This document shows, in pieces, positions 7,346-15,900 of a stretch of DNA of 19,491 nucleotides. The stretch lies in contig JBBQRQ010000096.1 in the NCBI GenBank assembly GCA_038214755.1, forward strand, positions 1 to 19,491, read 5' to 3'. This DNA comes from Verrucomicrobiota bacterium (lineage in GTDB: Bacteria > Verrucomicrobiota > Verrucomicrobiia > Limisphaerales > CANJXF01). Within the stretch, counting starts at the first letter, position 1, and every line of letters starts with the position of its first letter. The translations under genes were made by a program, and so were the position numbers. The notes beneath the pieces are model-generated. The model ran no database searches. It was not told where the DNA came from and saw nothing but the letters and a program-made list of their open reading frames with translations.

Positions 7346-8785
7346 ATGGATCAAACTCCTGTGCGGATTCTGCTGGTCGATGATGATGAGAATGCCTTTA
7401 TTCTTTTGCGTCGATTGCTCTCGAAAATTTCCCGGCAGAAATTCGAGGTCGAATGGTCCCCAAGCTACTCCACGGGACTGGCGGCCATTCAACGCCAGAA
7501 ACACGATGTTTATCTCGTCGATTATCGGCTCGGCGCAGAAAGCGGTTTGGATCTTTTGCGCGAAGCGATCAGCCTGCCGGTGTCGGCCCCCATTATTATT
7601 CTCACTGGCGCAGATGATCCGCAGGTCGATTTGGAAGCGACGCGAATGGGAGCGGCGGATTTTTTGGTCAAAGATCATTTGGACCCGGCGATGTTGGAAC
7701 GGTCGATTCGATATGCGATGCAACATTTCGCCACGTTGAAGGCTCTGCGAAAAAGTCACGAACGTTTCCGGCTTCTGTTCGAGCGGAGCATGGACGCGAT
7801 TTTAATTTCCGATGATTTAGGAAGAATCATCGAGGTCAACAAGGCGGCTTGCGATTTCCTCGGCTCTTCGCACGACAAGCTGCTGCAGATGAAAATCTCC
7901 GATTTGCTCGACATCAAATCGAGCAATCTCGCCTACAATTTGCAGGACCAATCTTTCGGGGAGATTTCGATTACTCTTCGAGGCGGCGAGCGCCGGTTCG
8001 CCGAATTTTCCGCCTGCCAATTCGCGCCGAATCTTAACCTGAATATTTTGCGGGACATCACGGAGCGGCGCGATTTGGAGAAAGAGATTTCTGAAATCAG
8101 CGAAAAGGAGCAACGGCGGCTCGGCCAGGATTTGCACGATGGACTTGGACAATCACTGACCGGAATCAGTTTTTTGACCAGAGTTTTGCAACAAAAACTG
8201 GCGTTGAAAAAAGCGAAGGAAGAAAAGGACGCCGCCTTGATCGTCAAACTGATCAAACAATCTTTGCTACAGGCGCGTGAAGTGGCGCGAGGACTTTGCC
8301 CAACGGTGTTGGACACGAATGACATTCAAGCCGCGCTCGAACAACTGGCGGAGAATTTGAAGAAATATTTTGTGGTCGCGGCCCAGGCGGATTGCGATCC
8401 TGCCATCAAAATAAAAGACAACGCCGTGGCCGTGAATTTGTATCGCATCGCCCAGGAGGCGACGACGAACGCCATGAAACATGGCCAGGCAAAAAAAATC
8501 TGGATCAGCCTTTCGCGGCGGAACCGGGTCATCACTCTGCAAATTAAAGACGATGGCATCGGGTTTCCCAAAGATGGAAAGAAGATCAAGGGAATGGGTT
8601 TGCGAGTGATGCAGCATCGTGCGCGCATGATTAACGCGACGCTCGAAGTTCATGGAAAGGAAGGTCGCGGGACAACGGTCACTTGCATCGTGGGAAACAA
8701 AATTACTTTGAAGAAAGTCTCGCGACAGAAAAAGGCGCGGCACCATTTTTTCAAAGCCAAGACGATGGTTGCGGCCGAGAGATAG
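7346..8785 (+). CDS. Cytoplasmic hybrid sensor histidine kinase, REC-PAS-HisKA_3-HATPase_c
   Basis: Receiver domain: ILLVDDD, YLVDYRL, IILTG, DFLVK. PAS: FRLLFERSMDAILISD..VNKAAC..RDITERR. H-box: EQRRLGQDLHDGLGQ. N-box: YRIAQEATTNAMKH. G-boxes: DDGIGF and GMGL. No transmembrane segment. Confidence 0.93.
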   Translation: MDQTPVRILLVDDDENAFILLRRLLSKISRQKFEVEWSPSYSTGLAAIQRQKHDVYLVDYRLGAESGLDLLREAISLPVSAPIIILTGADDPQVDLEATRMGAADFLVKDHLDPAMLERSIRYAMQHFATLKALRKSHERFRLLFERSMDAILISDDLGRIIEVNKAACDFLGSSHDKLLQMKISDLLDIKSSNLAYNLQDQSFGEISITLRGGERRFAEFSACQFAPNLNLNILRDITERRDLEKEISEISEKEQRRLGQDLHDGLGQSLTGISFLTRVLQQKLALKKAKEEKDAALIVKLIKQSLLQAREVARGLCPTVLDTNDIQAALEQLAENLKKYFVVAAQADCDPAIKIKDNAVAVNLYRIAQEATTNAMKHGQAKKIWISLSRRNRVITLQIKDDGIGFPKDGKKIKGMGLRVMQHRARMINATLEVHGKEGRGTTVTCIVGNKITLKKVSRQKKARHHFFKAKTMVAAER

Positions 8786-8804
8786 GCGGAATCTTTTGTA
8801 TTTG

Positions 8805-11555
8805 TCACGGGACCTGACGCAACCGATAAAATCGCGCTGGTTCAAGAAAAGCAGAGTCTTCGTCGAAGAAAGCGTTGGTGCCGCAACCGGTGTAAGGAAA
8901 AAAGGAGTTGGGGTGATTGACAAACCCTTGTGACAGGTTGGTGGAGATTTCTAATTGATATCGTCTGCCCGCCATTGCCCGCCAGCTAAGACGATTGGTT
9001 GTACCCGTTAGCGGCATGATGCTCAATCGCAGTGGAATGGGATCAGACGGCTCGGTGGCCAGACAAACGCTGACCGCGCCAAGCAGGAAGTTCGACTGAC
9101 CGGAGCCATTTAAGAACGAGCCGAGACAACTGGTGTCGAGTTGCCGCGTCTGTTGGTTGGTATCAAAATTCGAGCCGCCAACGACGGCGGCGAGTTTGAT
9201 GATGTCCCCAGGTCGCAGGCCTCCAAGCTGGTCGAAGGGCAGGGCGACCTTGATGAAATTAGCGTTTTGCTCGGGGAAGCGAAGCTGAAAAACCGGCTCG
9301 AGAATTTGCGGGGAGCGATTGAACTGCTGGAGTCGCGTGCCGGGCGCGTCTGTGAATTGCGCATCTAGCCGAAAGACACCTTGGCCTATGTTCAAGTCCA
9401 GGTTAGAACGCGTGAAATTGCGAAACTGTCCGTCCGCATATTCATCTCCCAATAAGCAGGCGACCGATGGATTGAAGTTTGTGAAAAAAAGATTTTCGAG
9501 AAAGTCGAGGCCGTCCACAGCTTCGTTAGTATCGACCAGGCCATTTCCTAAGCCCACGAGATTGGTAACTCCTGGCAGATGCGGGGACTCGATGAACAGG
9601 AAAATATTATTGTTGGAGTAGATCATGCATTGATCGAAGCCGACGAAAAGGTTCGTCGCATCGTTGTTGACGAAGATACGACCCAGGTTAGAGAACTCCC
9701 CCGGCTGAGTGGGAATAGATGTCCCGATGAAGTCAAAGGTCTGACCATTGAGGTTACCATGACCATCGTCTGAAGGAGATGACTCCACCAGAGGAGTGCG
9801 CCAGGTGGCATGGTAGAGTTGAGCAGGCGAAGGCGCGCGTTGGAGACTCATATGGTCGAAGGCGACTCCATTCGTACCTATTGCTTCCAAGGACAGAGTA
9901 TCTCCTTGCACCGACACCTTGGTGAAGTGGTTCCGCAAATAGAACTGAGAGCAGGCGGCGTCGCGCGAGAATTCAGCTCGCAGGTAACCACCTCCGCCGC
10001 CCGTGACGATTTGTTGCACACCGTTCATGGGATTGGATCGTTCATAGTCATGGTCATTGCCGCTGAAGATCAGTTGCACGCCGTATTTGCTGGCGACGGG
10101 CAATAGGATGGCTTGCAGGTCGAGCCGGTCATAGATGTTGTTCCCGTTTGCGTCTTCGAAGCGATGGTTGCCTGAGTTGGCAAATGGCACATGAAGAACA
10201 ATAAACTTCCACGGCTTGGTCGTAGTAGCCAGATCGTTGGTCAACCAGGAGTATTGCGGCGAACCATTGGTAAACTCAAGCCCAGCCAATGCCGCCGAAG
10301 GTTCCAACGTTGGCACGAAAAGAGAAATAAAATGCGCATCGGCTTGATCGAAGGAATAGAAATGCTCGGTTCCAGTAACTGAGTTAGTAGGAAGATGAAA
10401 AGTGGACAGATACGGAACACCATTGGCGCCTTCTTCGAATTCGTGGTTACCCATCGAGAAGTAATAAGGAACCGATCTCATTTGAGGGCCATAGACGCTG
10501 AAGCAACGATAATCCTCTCGACCAAACAAAAATGCGTCATAGACGATGTCACCGCAATGAAGCACAAGGTCTGGATCGCTCTGGTTCATCAGTCGTGCCA
10601 ATTCATACTGGCTGACGGAACCAGTGCCGCTATCGCCGAGGACCAGAAAGCTGAAGTCACCGGTCTTTTTGAAGGTATGAAAAGAAAATACGGGCGACGC
10701 AGCGGGGACATTCGCGGCAGTACTCCGAAGTTGATAGAAGTACCGCGTGCCAGGAGAAAGGTTTGTGATTTCAATAACATGTTCAGTCGAAAGGTTGGTA
10801 TCGGCTACCTGCATTCCAAGGCTCTGGTTGGTCCCAAATTCCACCACGCCATCCGACGCAACGAGGGTGCGCCAGATGATTTCGACACGAGTTGTAGAGA
10901 CATTTTGAAGAAACGGGCCGCGGGTGAAGTTGGCGAGTAGCTCGGGCACCAGGCGAAGTGAATCCGGCAGGCCGGGTGAGTTCGTCGGGGACGTATGGAT
11001 TTGAATCGCGAGGAGGTTTGCCCCGGAGGTCAAGAGGTTGGTAAAATTGCTCACGTCGATGTCTTCAGCCGCGCCCCCTGGATGATAGTCAGCCCAATCG
11101 GAATAGGTTACCGGATCATTGGTCAATCCGCGCCGGGCGATTTCCTGTCCGTTGAGGTAGGCGACAAAACCATCATCGTAGTCCACGCGCAGCAGCAACC
11201 ATTTGACCGCTTGTGCATCGGCCACGGTGAATCTGCGGCGAACGTAGAAACTATGAGCGTCAGGCGTTCGCGACCAGAACGTGGCTTCCAGTCCTGATTG
11301 CAAATAAATTGTACTGAATCCTGATAGTCCCTCGCTCCATGCCGAGTCGTCAAAGGCCAGTTCACGCCAGGCGGTGACAGGGGAAGATGGTTCGTTGGTG
11401 CCCCGAACGTAGCGCCAGGCGTCGCCTATTCGGACTAAAGAAATTTCATCCGCCTTTGAAGATGGAATGACAAGGAATGCAAAGATAAAAATTATTTTCA
11501 GCAAATTTTTGGCGGTAAAAATTTCTGCTTGTTGCCCGGAGAAAAATTCCTTCAT
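8805..11555 (-). CDS. Secreted purple-acid-phosphatase-like metallophosphoesterase with an N-terminal sugar-binding-like domain, an FN3-like domain, an extra C-terminal domain and an RFYRL terminus
   Basis: PAP motifs: GDSG, GDIVY, GNHE, VLH, SGNDHDYER. N-terminal domain: WRY..FDDSAW..DYDDGFVAYLNG. FN3-like: ITNLSPGTRYFY. Signal peptide: LLKIIFIFAFLVIPSSKA. An alternative TTG start lies at 11504. Confidence 0.87.
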   Translation of the reverse strand: MKEFFSGQQAEIFTAKNLLKIIFIFAFLVIPSSKADEISLVRIGDAWRYVRGTNEPSSPVTAWRELAFDDSAWSEGLSGFSTIYLQSGLEATFWSRTPDAHSFYVRRRFTVADAQAVKWLLLRVDYDDGFVAYLNGQEIARRGLTNDPVTYSDWADYHPGGAAEDIDVSNFTNLLTSGANLLAIQIHTSPTNSPGLPDSLRLVPELLANFTRGPFLQNVSTTRVEIIWRTLVASDGVVEFGTNQSLGMQVADTNLSTEHVIEITNLSPGTRYFYQLRSTAANVPAASPVFSFHTFKKTGDFSFLVLGDSGTGSVSQYELARLMNQSDPDLVLHCGDIVYDAFLFGREDYRCFSVYGPQMRSVPYYFSMGNHEFEEGANGVPYLSTFHLPTNSVTGTEHFYSFDQADAHFISLFVPTLEPSAALAGLEFTNGSPQYSWLTNDLATTTKPWKFIVLHVPFANSGNHRFEDANGNNIYDRLDLQAILLPVASKYGVQLIFSGNDHDYERSNPMNGVQQIVTGGGGGYLRAEFSRDAACSQFYLRNHFTKVSVQGDTLSLEAIGTNGVAFDHMSLQRAPSPAQLYHATWRTPLVESSPSDDGHGNLNGQTFDFIGTSIPTQPGEFSNLGRIFVNNDATNLFVGFDQCMIYSNNNIFLFIESPHLPGVTNLVGLGNGLVDTNEAVDGLDFLENLFFTNFNPSVACLLGDEYADGQFRNFTRSNLDLNIGQGVFRLDAQFTDAPGTRLQQFNRSPQILEPVFQLRFPEQNANFIKVALPFDQLGGLRPGDIIKLAAVVGGSNFDTNQQTRQLDTSCLGSFLNGSGQSNFLLGAVSVCLATEPSDPIPLRLSIMPLTGTTNRLSWRAMAGRRYQLEISTNLSQGFVNHPNSFFPYTGCGTNAFFDEDSAFLEPARFYRLRQVP

Positions 11556-11573
11556 TCAGTGTCAAGGATAAGC

Positions 11574-11603
11574 AAAAAAAAGGCCGCAGCGCAAGCTGCG
11601 GCC
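11574..11603 (-). terminator. Strong intrinsic terminator of the PEP-CTERM gene
   Basis: 9-bp stem GGCCGCAGC-gcaa-GCTGCGGCC followed by T8 on the minus strand. Confidence 0.85.
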
Positions 11604-11629
11604 AAAAGAAAATTAACTATTCCACCTTG

Positions 11630-12487
11630 TTACTTCCGACGACGTAAAACGGTTAGCACCCCTAACCCGCCTAATGCGAGGAGAGTCATCGATCCCGGCT
11701 CCGGAACCACCGTGTCTGTGGTCAAACCCCGCACCAACCAATTGTCGCCCGGCGCGCCGATTTGACCGATCAAGGTCGCTGCTCCGGTGGTCAGGTTAAC
11801 CGAATAAAGATTCGCTTGGGGATCACCGCTCGTCGCTGGCGACCCGAGGTAGGCAACTCCGTTCGATGAAATATTAAAGCCGTTGTTCCGAGAGACGTCA
11901 ATGCCCAACGCCCCGAGACTTGTGAAGGTTCCCGCAGCCAAGTTGGCAGTGCCGAAAGTGTTGGCGGAAGAATCAATCGCATACATAGTGAAGTTGGCCG
12001 GGTTCCAAGCCAAGGCGTCGATTCTGAGGGAGGTGGGAGTCATATCCGGTCCAGAGGAGATCAAACCACCCGTGGTGCGATTCACTAAAAGATTTTGATC
12101 CAAGTCACTGACAACGCGGATGCCGCTGGTATCATTTTCAACGCCGAAACTGGAGCCAGAGAGGGCCGAAAAACCGCTACCGACTGCGGTGGCAACTCCA
12201 GTCAAGCCATTTACTGTGTAGAGTCTGCCGAAACTTCCCACGCCAAAGATAACGCCATTCCATGAATCCAAGCCCATCAACTGTTCGAGTGGTTGCAGAC
12301 CGGAAACGAAAACCGCTCCCAAGATGGTGCTAGGCGCGCTCGAAGAAAATCGGATGATCTGATCCGGGCCGCCAGAGTAGCCAATGGCGTAGATGTTTTC
12401 AGCGAACGCGGGCGCGCTGGCTAGCGTGACCGACATTCCTAACGCCAATAGTCCTCGATTGAGCAATGTTTGAATCCTGTTTTTCAT
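11630..12487 (-). CDS. DUF4394-like domain protein with a PEP-CTERM exosortase sorting signal (285 aa)
   Basis: Signal peptide MKNRIQTLLNRGLLALGMSVTLASAPAFA from ATG 12487. DUF4394-like motifs: GLQPLEQLMGLD..GRLYTVNGLTGVAT, IRVVSD..QNLLVN, LYSVNLTTGAAT. The C-terminus is VPEPGSMTLLALGGLGVLTVLRRRK. Confidence 0.9.
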   Translation of the reverse strand: MKNRIQTLLNRGLLALGMSVTLASAPAFAENIYAIGYSGGPDQIIRFSSSAPSTILGAVFVSGLQPLEQLMGLDSWNGVIFGVGSFGRLYTVNGLTGVATAVGSGFSALSGSSFGVENDTSGIRVVSDLDQNLLVNRTTGGLISSGPDMTPTSLRIDALAWNPANFTMYAIDSSANTFGTANLAAGTFTSLGALGIDVSRNNGFNISSNGVAYLGSPATSGDPQANLYSVNLTTGAATLIGQIGAPGDNWLVRGLTTDTVVPEPGSMTLLALGGLGVLTVLRRRK

Positions 12488-12545
12488 ACGCGATGTATTT
12501 GGTTTTTGTTTTCCGGCTGTCTTGGTTTTGGTGTGCACTGGCTCG

Positions 12546-12605
12546 ACATTAGGCGGTACAGAAATCGTTGCAAGTCTTTTTTTAATTTATTTTTCATCTT
12601 TTTTT
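12546..12605 (-). promoter_or_regulatory. Putative sigma70-type promoter with UP element for the PEP-CTERM gene
   Basis: On the minus strand an A-tract (12575-12605) is followed by TTGCAA-16 nt-TAATGT, about 60 nt upstream of ATG 12487. Confidence 0.5.
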
Positions 12606-12820
12606 CCGGGCGCAATTCCGCCGAAGAACCGCAATCCTTAGGGAGCTTTGGCCCTCTTGGGTGAGACGTCAAACCGGCGACCGTTTTCGAGAGCATGGCG
12701 GGACCGGTAGCGACAAAATTTGCGCGCGGATGGAAAATTTTACTTGCCTTAGGGGTGGGACAACCTTTTCAATGAGTCAGCAATCAAGGTTTCCATTAGG
12801 CCGGTTTTGCGTTGTGCCTG

Positions 12821-12837
12821 TTGGCGTCCCACGTGCT
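12821..12837 (+). promoter_or_regulatory. Possible sigma54 (-24/-12) promoter for the CotH gene
   Basis: TTGGCGTCCCACGTGCT has GG and GC separated by exactly 10 nt, as in the consensus YTGGCACGNNNNTTGCW, and is followed by an AT-rich stretch. Confidence 0.35.
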
Positions 12838-12953
12838 TTCTATTAACTGTGCTTTGCACTTTTTGCCAATTCAAAACAGCCGCTACGCGCGACCGCCAAG
12901 CGCAGCCTCCTCCGATCTTTCCAGCGTCTCTTTGCTCCCACGTTCATGGCGGG

Positions 12954-15900
12954 GTGACGGAACATTCATCGGTTTCTCGTCTGAAAATCCAAGCCCTCAT
13001 GATTTTTTTCTGGCTGGGTTGTGTTGTCTTTGCCCGTGCCAACGGCGAATTTTCCGGCAACGTCATCATCAATGAATTTCTCGCTTCGAATAATAACACC
13101 AATGGCTTGCGCGATGAAGACGGCGAACTTCAGGACTGGATCGAAATTTACAATCGTGGCGATGCGGCTGTGAATCTCAGCGGCTGGTCATTGACGGACA
13201 ATGCTGTTCAGCCAGATCAATGGATTTTTCCAGAGGCCGCTCTCGGCGCGCGGCAATATCTTATTGTGTTTGCCTCGGGCAAAGATCGACGGCCCACCAC
13301 CGGCGCAAACCTTCATTCCAATTTCAAGCTCAGCGCGTCGGGTGAATATCTCGGTCTGTTCACCGCTGATTCGCCCCGCCAAATGGCTACGCAGTTTCAG
13401 CCGGCTTTTCCCGCGCAACGTCCCGACCTCTCCTACGGTTTATTCGGCGTGAGTTTTGGCTACTCGACCAACCCCACGCCCGCGACGGTCAACAGCGGCG
13501 CGGCCTCCTTCAACGGCATTGCGGCTGACCCTGCGGCCAGCATCAAAAGCGGTTTCTTCAACAGTTCATTTTCAGTTGCGCTCTCCACCGTGACACCCAA
13601 CGCCTTTATCCGCTATACGCTCAACGGCAGCGTCCCTACTCTCGTCAACGGAATTCTTTACACCGGGCCGATCACCATCTCCGGATCGTCCAGCCAAGGT
13701 GTTATCAATCTTCGGGCAGTGGCCTTTCGAAATGACATGCTTGAATCAAAGCCAATGACCTGCTCCTACATTTTCCCCGAGTCTGTCCTTGCTCAATCCC
13801 TTGCGCCCGCCGGCTTCCCTGCGACCTGGGTCACGACGACCAATGGGGGTTCGACCGCCACGACGGTCACTGCGGACTACGAGATGGACCCGCAGATTAT
13901 AACTAACACCGCCTACACCTCTCTCGCCCGACAGGCGCTCACCAACCTTCCTACTTTGTGTATCGTGATGGAGACTGATGACCTCTTTAGCCAGGGCCGA
14001 GGTATTTATGCGAATCCTAACCCACCCGTCGTCCAGCGAGATGATTGGGAACGTCCTGCTTCCGCTGAATTGATCCTGCCCGATGGCAGCGCTGGTTTTA
14101 AAATGGACGCCGGCTTGAGTGTTCACGGCTGCACCAGTCGCGACCCTAACCGCACGAAGAAACATTCTTTTCATCTCCATTTTAACAGTAGTTATAGCGG
14201 CCACCTTAATTACCCAATGTTCAAGGATTCGCCCGCGCAGAGTTTCGACTCACTTATTCTCGACGCGACCAGCAACCTCTCCTGGGCAAACGCCAACGAT
14301 TCCATGGCCTATCGCGCCCAATATGTTCGTGACCAATTTTGTAACGACCTGCAACAAGTCATGGCTCATCCTTCGCCGCATGGACGTTACGTTAACCTTT
14401 ACTTAAACGGATTGTATTGGGGCGTAATCGACGTGCGGGAGCGGCCTGATGCGGACTTCGCTGCCGCCTATTTCGGCGGAGCCGCCGCGCAATACGATTC
14501 CATACGAAATACCTGTGCAGGTTTGGAAGTGTTGAATGGCGATGATGGGGCTTGGAGTACGATGATGTCGTTAGTTAACTCATCCCTGTCCGACAACAGC
14601 CAATACGAGCAGCTCCAACAGTATCTGGATGTCCCCAGCTTCATCGACTACATGATTGTCAACATCTATGCCGGCAACACCGATTGGGCGATGCACAATT
14701 GGTATGCGAGCCGGAAACGTGTTGCCGGAGCTGGCTTCCAATTTGAAAGTTGGGATGCCGAATACTCCCTCTATGATGTCAACGGGAATGTCAGTGGCTA
14801 TAACCAGCCCGGCAGTCCAACTGCTATCCATAGCTTCCTTCGTAACAACGCTGAGTATCGCCTTCTCTTTGCCGATCACGTGCAAAAGTTTTTTTTCAAT
14901 GGTGGCTGTCTCTATGTCGATCCGAACAATCCAGCAGTCGATCCTGCCAACCCGCAACGCAACCGCCCCGGCGCGCTTTATACCAGGCGCATCGCGGAGA
15001 TTGACTCGTCCATGGTCCTGGAATCCGCTCGGTGGGGCGATAGTATTCCGAGTCGCGAAAATACGCCTTTCACTAGAAACGTAGAATGGCTCAACGAATT
15101 GAACTGGTTAAAAAATTCCTATTTCCCGCAGCGGTCATCCACGGTACTGAACCAATTTAAGTCGCAACTCCTTTATCCTGGCGATTACGGTGTGCAACCT
15201 CCTGTCTTCAGTCAGCATGGGGGCAACGTCGCCGCTGGATTCTCTCTTACTCTCTCAGCCTCCGCTGGCACGATCTACTATACTACGAATGGCAGCGATC
15301 CACGCGTTTACGGAACGGCGGCTTTATCGCCGGACGCCATCGCTTACACGGGAACTCCGGTTGTTATCAGCAGCACGAAGGTAATCAAAGCGCGCGTGAA
15401 GAATGGAGAGAGTTGGAGTCCACTCGATGAAGCAACCTTCTTTGTCGCTCAATTGACTACTCCACTTCGTCTCACGGAACTGATGTATAAACCGATTGGC
15501 GGCGATGCCTATGAGTTCATTGAATTACAGAACGTGGGCGCGACCCCCCTTGACTTGAGTGGTTACAGCTTTGATGGCATTACCTATGCCTTCCCAGCCG
15601 GGACCCTGCTCGGGCCCAATGCTGTTACGGTTCTCGCCCCAGCGCTCAACCCGCTCTTATGGGCCACCCGTTATCCCGGCGTTCTACCGTCCGGCTATTA
15701 CACTGACAAGCTATCCAACAACGGCGAGCGCATCGGAATCAAGGACGTTACCGGCAGAACCATAACCTCCGTCACTTACAATCCTACCAATGGTTGGCCG
15801 CATGTTTCCAATGGTTCATCCATTGAAGTCATCGACCCACTCGGCGATCCCAATGCTCCTTCCAACTGGCGCGCCAGTGTTACAACCCTTGGCACACCTG

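Noticed and set aside
12796..12870. Minus-strand words resembling a c-di-GMP-I (GEMM) riboswitch: GGCAAA..GAAAG..GGGACGC..GCAAAACCGGCCTAA
   Set aside because: The stem that should close the GAAA tetraloop cannot pair, and the spacing between motifs is wrong. An Infernal search against RF01051 would settle it.
12807..12953. Cys-rich N-terminal extension of the CotH ORF
   Set aside because: It does not look protein-like, lies before the signal peptide and overlaps the putative promoter region.
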